NCBI GenBank assembly: GCA_029863845.1
Contig: JAOTUO010000001.1
Span: forward strand, 3,664 to 67,663
DNA from: Myxococcales bacterium
GTDB lineage: Bacteria > Myxococcota_A > UBA9160 > SMWR01
Reading direction: 5' to 3'
DNA length: 64,000 bases
In this document: one piece after another, positions 55,201-62,946 of the stretch
Position numbering within the stretch: the stretch's first letter is position 1
Layout of the letters: the number at the start of each line of letters is the position of its first letter
Notes under the pieces: generated by a model
Seen by the model: the letters and a program-made list of their open reading frames with translations, nothing else
Told to the model about the DNA's origin: nothing
The model's database searches: none
Position numbers and translations under genes: made by a program

Positions 55201-55336
55201 ACACGACGGGCGGATCCACGTTGGGGAGGTACCGGTTGGCGAGGCGCGTGACGCTGAGCAGGCCGAAGAGCAGGATCACCAGCGACATGACCGTCGCCAG
55301 GACCGGTCGGTCGATGCAGACCTGCGAGATCCTCAC
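52199..55336 (-). CDS. RND efflux transporter, inner-membrane permease (second system)
   Basis: ORF 52199..56422 trimmed to GTG 55336 (GTGA overlap with the MFP stop). VRISQVCIDRPVLATVMSLVILLFGLLSVTRLANRYLPNVDPPVVSITT is a typical RND N-terminus. Confidence 0.9.
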   Translation of the reverse strand: MRISQVCIDRPVLATVMSLVILLFGLLSVTRLANRYLPNVDPPVVSITTVFPGAAPEVVETSVTDPLEDQVNGIEGVKQLTSISREQVSMISVEFELGRDLEAAANDVRDRVSRARNHLPEEVEAPVVAKQDSDASAVIWMALYGEGFDQIQLTSIAETQIVDRLTKLPGVASVIIAGERRYSMRVWIDNRRLAAQSLTIADVADALGRENVDIPSGRLESSSTEFTVRSLGELQAPEEFGDLIIQNVDGKPVRIRDVARVEVGPESARKLLRFNGEPGVGLGVVKQSTANTIDVADGVQAEVDALRPELPPGVQLVVAWDSSRYIRQSIADVTRTIFEAAVLVILVIYVFLRSFRATLIPAVTIPVSILGAFAALYFLGFTINTLTLMGVTLAIGLVVDDAIVVLENISRWVESGTPRLEAARRGMQEISFAVVAATLSAVAVFLPLTFLTDTTGRLFREFAVTVAAALLISGFVAITLSPALCALILRTGRTDTGLKAAFGRFFEWLAAAYAASLARVLRRPGLFVGLGAAWLVLGVALLPFIDEELIPKSDRSVFFVWTQAPEGSTIEYMDRYQFQAEQVVMAEPEVRRTFSVIALGLGTPGLVNQGLVIGGLDDPDERDRSGDEIADAVSPRLERIAGIKAHASTPSAFSGFLASPVSFVIEGSDLQALASYADEIERRLGEVDGIRHVNSDLYLNKPQMEVEIDRNRASDLGISVREIASALQILLGGLDLSTFKLGGETYDVMVQLGREERNDPRDLLELYVRGNNEALIGLSAVVRMRETIAPREIPHFNRRRSVAISADLEDRLPQGEAIEVARAIAAEVLPEQGYAIRFTGEAEKFLESGSALVFAYGLAILVVFLVLAAQFESFMHPITILVAVAFSFTGALIALLAVARLNDWGLVGLPGTLNLFSKIGLVMLVGLVTKNSILIVEFANQLRARGLGVAEAVEQAARTRFRPILMTALATMAGILPIALGRGAGGDARAPMGIAVVGGMFFSTLLSFFIVPATYVVIDRLRAGILRRFRVAPTEAPSPAAAGGS

Positions 55337-56478
55337 GTGCCTTCCCCGGGCGCTGCCGCGACGGCGCCCTCGCGACGCGCCTGGCCCGACGAGGCGGGCG
55401 CGGCCGATTGCAGCTTCTCGCCCTCGGACACCTTGTGGGTTCCGGCGCTGACCACGGTATCGCCGGGCCGCAGCCCCAGGGTCACCTCGACGCGCCCGCC
55501 CTTGCGCAGCCCGACCTCGATCGGCACGCGCCGCGCGCTGTCGTCGTCCTCCACGCGCCACACGAAGGTGCCATGGCGGTCGAAGACCACGGCCGACTCC
55601 GGCACGAGCAGCGCGTTCTCGCGCTGCGCGATCTCGAGGTCGACGTCCGCGAACAGGCCCGGGCGCAGGCGCCCGTCGGCGTTGGGCACCCAGGCCTTCA
55701 GGATGAGACGGCGCGCGGCCGGATCGAGAGTCGGAGAGACGAAGAAGACCTCGCCCGCAAAGGTCTCGCCGGGATAGGGAAGAACGCGGATCTGGATCGG
55801 CGCGCCGTTCCTCGCGAACGCCACCCCCTGCTCGGTGATCCCGAACGAAACCTGCAGGCGCTCGATGGCGTCGATCTGCACCAGCGGCGTCTCGTCGGTC
55901 ACGCGGTCGCCGGGATCGACCCCGCGAGAGCCCAACACACCGTCGAAGGGCGCGCGCACCTCGGTGCGATCGAGCTCGAGCCGCGCGAGATCGACGCGCG
56001 CCTTCGCGACCTCGAGCTCCGCCGTCGCGCGATCCCTCTGGGCGAGCGACGTGGCGTCGCGGGTGACGAGCTTGCGCGTTCGCTCGTACACCTCCTCGGC
56101 GAGCGCGCGGTTGGCCAGGGCCTCGCGCAGGCGCGCCCGCTGTTCGCCGCTGCGCAGCTTGAAGAGCACCGCGCCGCGCTCGACCTGCTGCCCCTCTTCG
56201 AACGAGACGGACTCGATCACGCCGTCCGTCTCGGTCTTCATCATCACCGAATGCTCGGAATCGAGCTGCCCGCTGAAGGTGGCGACGTCCCGCAACGTCT
56301 CGGGCTCGATGCGGGTGTACTCGACCATGATCCTCTCGGCGTCCCCCTCCAGGCGGGCCCCGGCGCCTTCGGGGCCGCAGCCGACCAGCAGCGCCCCCAG
56401 CGCGACGCCGAGAGCGGCGCAACGGGCCGGAATCCAGCCCCCGCTGGGACGCACCGGGGCTTCGACCGAAGAGACCAT
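55333..56478 (-). CDS. Efflux RND periplasmic adaptor lipoprotein (MFP family, second system)
   Basis: ORF 55333..56733 trimmed to ATG 56478. Lipobox LLVGCG, a coiled coil (RARLREALANRALAEEVYERTRKL...) and EVRAPFDGVLGSRGVDPGD. Confidence 0.85.
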   Translation of the reverse strand: MVSSVEAPVRPSGGWIPARCAALGVALGALLVGCGPEGAGARLEGDAERIMVEYTRIEPETLRDVATFSGQLDSEHSVMMKTETDGVIESVSFEEGQQVERGAVLFKLRSGEQRARLREALANRALAEEVYERTRKLVTRDATSLAQRDRATAELEVAKARVDLARLELDRTEVRAPFDGVLGSRGVDPGDRVTDETPLVQIDAIERLQVSFGITEQGVAFARNGAPIQIRVLPYPGETFAGEVFFVSPTLDPAARRLILKAWVPNADGRLRPGLFADVDLEIAQRENALLVPESAVVFDRHGTFVWRVEDDDSARRVPIEVGLRKGGRVEVTLGLRPGDTVVSAGTHKVSEGEKLQSAAPASSGQARREGAVAAAPGEGT

Positions 56479-56635
56479 GCCAACGATGCTATCGAAACGA
56501 GGTTGTCCGAGGTAGACGCGCAGCGGCGAGGGAGGGCTTCGAGGCCCGCGAAAGACCGCGGGATGTGATAGACAATCCACCGCGCTCGCCGGGCGCTCCC
56601 CGCGCGGTCCCGCCCGGGGAAGACCAGGGACACCC

Positions 56636-57247
56636 GTGAGAATCGCCGCGCTCGACCTCGAGGGGGTACTCGTACCCGAAATCTGGATCAACGTCGCCGA
56701 ACGGACGGGGATCGACGACCTGCGTCGCACCACGCGCGACGAGCCGGACTACGACGTGCTCATGAAGCATCGGCTCGAGGTGCTCGCCGCCCACGACCTC
56801 GGCCTTCCCGACATCCAGAAGGTGATCGCCTCCATGCAGCCGCTCCCGGGCGCCGGGGCCTTTCTCGACTGGCTGCGCGAGCGCTTCCAGGTCGTGATCC
56901 TGTCCGACACCTTCTACCCCTTCGCGGCCCCGCTGATGCGGCAGCTCGGATTTCCGACGCTATTTTGCCACGACCTCGACGTGGACGAGGCGGGGCGCAT
57001 CGTGGACTACCGCATCCGGCTGAAGGACCAGAAGCGCCTCGCGGTGCGAGCCCTGCACAGCCTGAACTTCCGGATCGTCGCGGCAGGCGATTCGTACAAC
57101 GACACGACGATGCTCGCCGAGGCCGACGCCGGAATCCTATTTCGCCCCCCCGACAACGTCATCGAGGAGTTCCCGCAGTTCCCCGTGACCCGCAGCTACG
57201 ACGAGCTCCGGACGGCGTTCCTCGCAGCCGAGCGGGGCTGGGCATGA
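56636..57247 (+). CDS. thrH: HAD-family phosphoserine phosphatase/homoserine phosphotransferase ThrH-like protein
   Basis: [18 protein letters not shown] carries the DxD-type HAD motif I as DLEG. Also VVILSDTFY and [13 protein letters not shown]. The overall match is to ThrH. Confidence 0.75.
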   Translation: MRIAALDLEGVLVPEIWINVAERTGIDDLRRTTRDEPDYDVLMKHRLEVLAAHDLGLPDIQKVIASMQPLPGAGAFLDWLRERFQVVILSDTFYPFAAPLMRQLGFPTLFCHDLDVDEAGRIVDYRIRLKDQKRLAVRALHSLNFRIVAAGDSYNDTTMLAEADAGILFRPPDNVIEEFPQFPVTRSYDELRTAFLAAERGWA

Positions 57248-57756
57248 GCCGGAGCGCCGGGAGGGCTTCGGTCTGGGCCGTGCTGGGTCTCGCCTTCACA
57301 CTCGCAGGCTGCGGTGAAGGCCGCGAGCAGCCGGCGCCCGCGCCGAGCGCGACCCAGACCCCGGCTGCGACGCCGCCGCCCGCCGCGCCCCCGGCGCCTG
57401 TCGTACCCGCCGCCCCCCCTGCGTCCGTCGTACCCGCCGCACCGAGCGGACCGGCCGACGCGAGCCGTGGCGCCGCCAACTACGCCATCTTGTGCGCCGG
57501 CTGCCACGGGGCGAGCGGCGACGGCGACGGTCCGCTGGCGGCGGCGCTAGACCCGAAGCCCGCGAAGCACAGCGACGGCGCGTACATGAACGCGCTGTCC
57601 GACGCGCACCTGTTTCAGGTGATCCAGCAGGGGGGCGCCTCGGTCGGCAAGTCGCCCATGATGGCGCCCTTCGGCGCGTCACTCTCCGACGCGCAGATCC
57701 GCGACCTCGTGGCCCACGTCCGGTCCCTGGCGAAGAACCCCCCCTACTCGCCCTAG
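57244..57756 (+). CDS. c-type cytochrome lipoprotein
   Basis: ORF 56965..57756 trimmed to ATG 57244 (ATGA overlap with thrH). Lipobox LAGCG, a Pro/Ala-rich linker with an internal repeat, a single CAGCH haem-binding motif and a distal SPMMAPF Met ligand region. Confidence 0.8.
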   Translation: MSRSAGRASVWAVLGLAFTLAGCGEGREQPAPAPSATQTPAATPPPAAPPAPVVPAAPPASVVPAAPSGPADASRGAANYAILCAGCHGASGDGDGPLAAALDPKPAKHSDGAYMNALSDAHLFQVIQQGGASVGKSPMMAPFGASLSDAQIRDLVAHVRSLAKNPPYSP

Positions 57757-57797
57757 GGCTCCGCGCGCCGGCGCTCGCGAGCTACGGCGACGCACCG

Positions 57798-58592
57798 TCA
57801 GCCGGCCTCTCGCTTTGCATCCACCTTGAACATGGGGTGACCGCCGGGCTGGTAGGTGAGCACCATCGCCCGGCGCGCGGCATCCGAAAGATTGGGCTCG
57901 GAGCCGTGCACGATGTGGGGGCTGAAGAAGAGCAGGCTCCCGGCCGGCATCTCCGCCGGCACCTGCTGGGACAGGTCGAAGCCGTGCGGGTCGGTGAAGA
58001 GGGGCCCGAGTCGGCCCTCGCCCTCGAGGCCCGGCAGCATGCCCCGCGTGTGACTCCCGCGCACCACGCGCAGGCACCCGTTGCGCTCGGACGCGTCATC
58101 GAGGCTCAGCATCACGTTGGGCAGCCGATCGACGTGGGGACAGCAATGGGCCCAGTACGGCGAGTCCTGGTGCCAGCGGAAGCGCGAACCCTCGCGCGGG
58201 CGCTTCAGGTTCAATTTGTCGGTGAAGAGCGCAATTCGCGAGGAGCCCACGAGGCCCCGCATGGGTTCGACGAGGCGCGGGTCGTCGATCAGGCTTTCGA
58301 AGAGGGGATCGAGGTGATGAAAGGGCTCGAGGACGCGAATCGTCCGGGAGCCGGTCCGATGCTCGAACTGGACGGTCGTCCCCGTAGCTTCGCAGTAGAG
58401 ATTGCCGTCGATCTCGTACTGGGCGGCACCGCCTCCGGCCGCCGCCGCGCTCGCTCGCTCGACGGCTTGTTCCGCGGCCGCGCACAGCGCGGCGACCTCC
58501 GCGTCGCCGAAGCTGCGCAGGCGGATGAAGAATCCATCCTCGGCGTAGGCGCGCCGCTCCCCGGCGCTGAGCTCCCAGGAACCCGACCCCAT
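57798..58592 (-). CDS. Phytanoyl-CoA dioxygenase (PhyH) family Fe(II)/2-oxoglutarate oxygenase
   Basis: ORF 57798..59867 trimmed to ATG 58592. FRWHQDSPYW (HxD), CLRVVRGSH and LLFFSPHIVHGSEPN. Confidence 0.85.
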   Translation of the reverse strand: MGSGSWELSAGERRAYAEDGFFIRLRSFGDAEVAALCAAAEQAVERASAAAAGGGAAQYEIDGNLYCEATGTTVQFEHRTGSRTIRVLEPFHHLDPLFESLIDDPRLVEPMRGLVGSSRIALFTDKLNLKRPREGSRFRWHQDSPYWAHCCPHVDRLPNVMLSLDDASERNGCLRVVRGSHTRGMLPGLEGEGRLGPLFTDPHGFDLSQQVPAEMPAGSLLFFSPHIVHGSEPNLSDAARRAMVLTYQPGGHPMFKVDAKREAG

Positions 58593-58736
58593 GCCCTGCC
58601 CTCCACGGCCCCTCGTGCGCGCCGAGCGCCCGGCTCGAGGCGGAGCTCGCCGCGCAGCGACGAAAGCACGAGTGTCCGGCGCTCGCAGCCCGGCCGCAAG
58701 ACCTGCTGGTTTTACGCAAGTTTCACAGGCGAGCCG

Positions 58737-59690
58737 ATGCCGAAGACCGAAGCGCAGCCTAGGGTCGGAACCACTTTGGAGACGGAGGTGTGCGCGGTGC
58801 AGACGGTCGGTGGGGAAGTCTCCCGGGGATCCGACGGGTTCGAGGCTGCGGAGGGCTGGTGGGCGCAGCACTACTGGCTGCCGCGGGTCGTGTACTGGGG
58901 AATCCACGCCTCCTGCCTGCTCGCCCTGTGGGTCGGCGTCTCGACCGATGCCCTGCTGCTGTTCGCGGCCACGTTCTCGCTGCGGATGCTCGGGATCACC
59001 GGCGCCTTCCACCGCTACTTCGCGCACCGTACCTACAAGACGAGCCGACCCTTCCAGTTCGTCCTGGCGGTGCTCGGAACGATGGCGACGCAGAAGGGGC
59101 CCCTGTGGTGGGCCAGCCACCACCGGACCCATCACCGCTTCTCGGACCAGCCCGGCAAGGACGTCCACTCGCCGAAGGACGGCTTCTATCACGCCCACCA
59201 GGGCTGGATCTTCGACGGGCGCTGGGACGCCACTGACCTGAAGCAGATCCGCGACTTCGCCCAATACCCGGAGCTGGTGTGGCTGAACCGCTGGCACTTC
59301 GTCCCCCCCGCGGCGCTCGCCCTGCTGTGCTTCGCCGTGGGCGGGCTCGCTGGTGTCATCTGGGGCTTCTCGATCTCGACGGTCGTGCTCTGGCACCTCA
59401 CCTACTCCATCAACTCCCTGGCCCACCTCTGGGGCACGCGCCGCTACGACACGGCGGACACGAGCCGCAACAACGCCCTGCTCGGCCTGCTCACCTTCGG
59501 CGAAGGCTGGCACAACAACCACCACCACTTCGCCGCGTCGGCCCGCCAGGGCTTCTTCTGGTGGGAGATCGACGTGACCTACTACGTCCTGCGCGCACTC
59601 GCCGCCGTCGGCCTGGTCTGGGACCTTCGCGAGCCCCCGGCCCGCGTCATCCGCGGCGAATCCCCCTCCCACCTCCGAAGAGCCGCCTGA
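58737..59690 (+). CDS. Acyl-CoA (Delta9-type) fatty-acid desaturase
   Basis: ORF 57492..59690 trimmed to ATG 58737. The three His boxes are HRYFAH, HHRTHHRFSD and GEGWHNNHHHF. Confidence 0.9.
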   Translation: MPKTEAQPRVGTTLETEVCAVQTVGGEVSRGSDGFEAAEGWWAQHYWLPRVVYWGIHASCLLALWVGVSTDALLLFAATFSLRMLGITGAFHRYFAHRTYKTSRPFQFVLAVLGTMATQKGPLWWASHHRTHHRFSDQPGKDVHSPKDGFYHAHQGWIFDGRWDATDLKQIRDFAQYPELVWLNRWHFVPPAALALLCFAVGGLAGVIWGFSISTVVLWHLTYSINSLAHLWGTRRYDTADTSRNNALLGLLTFGEGWHNNHHHFAASARQGFFWWEIDVTYYVLRALAAVGLVWDLREPPARVIRGESPSHLRRAA

Positions 59691-59697
59691 TCCCGCA

Positions 59698-59854
59698 GCG
59701 GCCGGGACCGAGGCGCGTCCCTCCGCGAATGGCTCGGCCATCCCCGGTGGAACTCCGTTCGCCTTCGGCTCACTGCGCGGCGGCTTCGCCGCCTTGCGAA
59801 GAAGTTTTGGCCTGCGCTCGATTTCGCTGCGGGACGCGCTTCGGCCCCGGCCGC
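59698..59854 (-). repeat. Hairpin-bracketed conserved-core intergenic element, copy C (inverted orientation)
   Basis: Arms are GCGGCCGGGACCGAGGCGCGTCCC (59698-59721) and GGGACGCGCTTCGGCCCCGGCCGC (59831-59854), with 22/24 complementary. The core between them is the reverse complement of the A/B core with scattered substitutions. Confidence 0.85.
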
Positions 59855-59870
59855 CTTTGCGCAACATGAG

Positions 59871-61130
59871 TCAGCCGAGCGAGCGGCTCAGGAACCAGTA
59901 GAGCCCCGCCGCGAGGATCGGCGCGGAGCACACCTGAACCACGCGCACGCGGTGCAGGCGACTTCCCCGCTCCAACGCGAGCAGGATGGGCCACGCCAGC
60001 GCCACGAGGGCGATCTGGCCGATCTCGACCCCGAGGTTGAAACCCAGCAGAGCCGGCGCGATGCGGTCGGGCGGGAGCCCGATCTGCGTCAGCAGGCCGG
60101 CGAACCCGAAGCCGTGGATCAGCCCGAACACGAAGGCAACGAACCAGCGCATGCGGCTGGGGCGCGCGACGTGACGGATCAGCTCCAGGTAGCACAGCGC
60201 GAACACCCCAACGCCGATCAGCGCCAGCGCCGGGACGGCGCCCGCCCCGGACGCGGCGCCGATCGCCGCCAGCGCGAGGCCGACCGCGATCGAAACGAGG
60301 ATCCAGCGGCGCGTCGTCGGACCCACCGTCTCGGCGAAGTTCTCGACCGCGACGACGGCGATGGAGAGGCCGATCAGCGCTTCGATGGCCGCGGAGCGCG
60401 GCTCGACGACGCCCAGCACCCCGAGCGCGAGGGTCACGCTGTGGGCCACCGTGAAGCCCGTCACGATCGTCGCCACCTCCAACACCGAGATGCCGACGAG
60501 CAGCAGGGCGAGCAGGAACAGCAGGTGGTCGAAGCCCGTGGCGATGTGCCCGACGCCCAGACCGAGGTACTCGGCGAAGCTCGCCCCGCGCTGGGCGGTG
60601 TCCGACCCGGGCGCGCCCAGCGCATGGGTCGGACTCTCCAGCACGAAGATGCGCTCGATCACCTCGCCGTCGCTGCGCGTCGCGCGCGCCAGGTGGTAGT
60701 GCTGCGGGACCACCTCGAAGAAGGGATCCACGCGCAGGACGAGCGGCCCGGGCTCCCGGCACTCGACCCTCCAGCGGCGGGCCACGTGGCTGGGATCCGC
60801 GCTGGGCACCGCCGTCACCGGCCCGCGTACCTCGCAGCGCGACGCACCCGCATGCAGTGCCACGTGCGCGGTGAGATAGGCATCCACCGCGGCCTCGGAC
60901 GCCGGGCGCACGGCGATCTCTACGGCCGTGAGACCGGCCGCCTCCTTCACCGCCCGCTGCAGATCGCTCACCCGCACGCGGGCCAGCACGCGGGCGGCGG
61001 GGAGCGGGCCCGGCTCGAGGGTCCACACGGAGGTGGAGATCGAGCGGCCGTGTGCGATCGCGTCGTGCGCCGGTCCCGCCATCGCGAGCAGGCACGCCAG
61101 CAGCGCCGGCGCCGCCACACCGGGCCTCAC
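59871..61130 (-). CDS. HupE/UreJ-family membrane protein with N-terminal periplasmic domain
   Basis: Signal peptide, a ~190-aa soluble domain, then the HupE-like core (GVGHIATGFDHLLFLLALLL, TVAHSVTLALG, FGLIHGFGFAG, LGFNLGVEIGQ). Confidence 0.8.
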   Translation of the reverse strand: MRPGVAAPALLACLLAMAGPAHDAIAHGRSISTSVWTLEPGPLPAARVLARVRVSDLQRAVKEAAGLTAVEIAVRPASEAAVDAYLTAHVALHAGASRCEVRGPVTAVPSADPSHVARRWRVECREPGPLVLRVDPFFEVVPQHYHLARATRSDGEVIERIFVLESPTHALGAPGSDTAQRGASFAEYLGLGVGHIATGFDHLLFLLALLLVGISVLEVATIVTGFTVAHSVTLALGVLGVVEPRSAAIEALIGLSIAVVAVENFAETVGPTTRRWILVSIAVGLALAAIGAASGAGAVPALALIGVGVFALCYLELIRHVARPSRMRWFVAFVFGLIHGFGFAGLLTQIGLPPDRIAPALLGFNLGVEIGQIALVALAWPILLALERGSRLHRVRVVQVCSAPILAAGLYWFLSRSLG

Positions 61131-62023
61131 GGCGGCGCCAGCTCCGGATCCAAGATGCGGATCTCTCCCGCTTCCCGCAGCCCGGCCACGTAATCGCCCA
61201 GCGCCTCGTCGCCGCGCCGGCGCAGGTACTCGGCGCGCACCTGATCGCGCAGCTCCTCGAAAGGAGCGAGTTCGTCCGGACTGCGGTCGCGGACGCGCAC
61301 GACGTAGTAGCCGGGGCTCGCGCGGGTCGGAACACTCACCCCGCCCACCTCCAGACGGGCGGCCGTCCGCGCGACCGTCGGGCCCAGGTACTGGCGCACG
61401 GTGTCGATCGGGAGCGGTCCCTCGGGAAGGCGGGCCACCGGCGCATCGGCGAGCGCCGCGCGAACTTCGTCGAAGGGCTCGCCGTCCCGAACCCGGCGCG
61501 CGATCGTCTCTGCCACCCGGTAGGCCGCCACGTCGGGCCGGTCGGCGGTGCTCACGAACGCGACGTCGAGGGTGATGCGCCCGGGCCGCCGGAAGCGGTC
61601 GGCGTTCTCGACATGAAAGGCGCGGAGCGCCTCCTCGTCCGGCTCGACCAGCTCGGCGTCGGCCGTCACCGACGCGATCAGCGCCGACACGATCGCACGC
61701 CGCGCCGTCGGCTCGAAACGGTGCAGATCGAGATCCACGCCGCGCTGCAGCAGCAGCTCTTCGTCCACCAGCCGCTCGAGCAGCCGCCGCTGCATCGCTG
61801 CGTCGAGCGTCACGCTCTTGCGCTCCTGGGCCACGGCGGTCACGAGGCGGGCGAAGGTCTCCCGCGGGACGGGCTGCCCGTTCACGACGGCGATGGCACC
61901 CGGAACGTCGGGGGCGGGCGCATGGCCCGATCGCACGATGCCCACGGCGGCGAGCGCGATGCCGAGCCCGGCTCCGGCCAGGAGCAGAGCGCGGGCCCAG
62001 CGGTCCGGATGGGGTGCGCTCAC
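61127..62023 (-). CDS. Membrane-anchored SurA-N/PpiC (parvulin)-like peptidyl-prolyl isomerase/chaperone
   Basis: ORF 61127..62119, probably starting at GTG 62023. TM anchor (ALLLAGAGLGIALAAVGIV), then INGQPV-like AVVNGQPVPRETF. The C-terminal parvulin-like region is weakly conserved. 4-nt overlap with the downstream hupE-like start. Confidence 0.65.
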   Translation of the reverse strand: MSAPHPDRWARALLLAGAGLGIALAAVGIVRSGHAPAPDVPGAIAVVNGQPVPRETFARLVTAVAQERKSVTLDAAMQRRLLERLVDEELLLQRGVDLDLHRFEPTARRAIVSALIASVTADAELVEPDEEALRAFHVENADRFRRPGRITLDVAFVSTADRPDVAAYRVAETIARRVRDGEPFDEVRAALADAPVARLPEGPLPIDTVRQYLGPTVARTAARLEVGGVSVPTRASPGYYVVRVRDRSPDELAPFEELRDQVRAEYLRRRGDEALGDYVAGLREAGEIRILDPELAPP

Positions 62024-62130
62024 GGCTCCGCCGCTGCGCGCGTCACGATCGCCCTCGACGCCGCCGGGCAAGGCCGCGCATAGTCTACGCTTCTCGCTTC
62101 GGCTTCCACGCCGACTCACGGGGCTTCGCG

Positions 62131-62946
62131 ATGATTACCGCCGTGCTGCGCGGAGACGAGCAGACCCTGCTCGGGGGAATCTCCGCCATCGCCGAGGGCG
62201 ACGCGGCCATCGTCGTATCGACGGGCGGCGCCCGCAAGCGATACGCCTCCGTGGATCCCAACGAAGACGCAGCGGCGTTCGCCATCGGCGAGGGCGGCAT
62301 CCTGCTCATGGTGGCGGACGGCCACCACGGCCGCGAGGCCGCCGAGTGGGCGGTCGAGCGGACTCTCGAGCGGTCTGCGCCGCTCTGGACCGCGCCTAAC
62401 GCCGGCGACCTCGACCGGGACTGGGCCGAGGTCGCCGCGGAGGCGTTCCTCGACGCGAACGCCGTCATCTTGGACCGCGCCGCACGCGGGGGCCGCGCCA
62501 AGGCGCGAACGACGCTCGCCCTCGCGCTGGTGCGACCGCGCGAGGACCTTCTCGCCTGGGCAGCAGTGGCCGACAGCCTCGTCTTCCGGGTGGCGGAGTC
62601 CGAGGCGCGCGCCCTCGCACCCACCGGCCCGGCCCGCGTCTTCCTGGGCGCTCCGGCCGAGACGGAGGCGTCGCTGCGCCCGCACTTCGCCGTGGGACGC
62701 GAGAGCCTCGCCGGGGCCCGCGCCGTGGTGCTGGCCACGGACGGGCTCTCGGAGCGCGGCGTCGGCGTCGAGTCGCCCGAGACGACGCTCCTCGCGGCGG
62801 CGGACCGGGTCCGACGCGCCGATCCCGCCGCGCGCCCGCTCGAGCTCGCGCGCGGCCTCGTCGAGGACGCGCTCGCGGCCCATCGCCGACATCGCGCCGG
62901 CGACAACGTCGCCACCGCCTGCGTCTGGCTCACGCGCGACCCGTGA
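62131..62946 (+). CDS. PP2C-family protein serine/threonine phosphatase
   Basis: ORF 62014..62946 trimmed to ATG 62131. PNEDAAAF, LLMVADGHHG, VVLATDGLSE and AGDNVATACVWL follow the PP2C motif order. Confidence 0.75.
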   Translation: MITAVLRGDEQTLLGGISAIAEGDAAIVVSTGGARKRYASVDPNEDAAAFAIGEGGILLMVADGHHGREAAEWAVERTLERSAPLWTAPNAGDLDRDWAEVAAEAFLDANAVILDRAARGGRAKARTTLALALVRPREDLLAWAAVADSLVFRVAESEARALAPTGPARVFLGAPAETEASLRPHFAVGRESLAGARAVVLATDGLSERGVGVESPETTLLAAADRVRRADPAARPLELARGLVEDALAAHRRHRAGDNVATACVWLTRDP

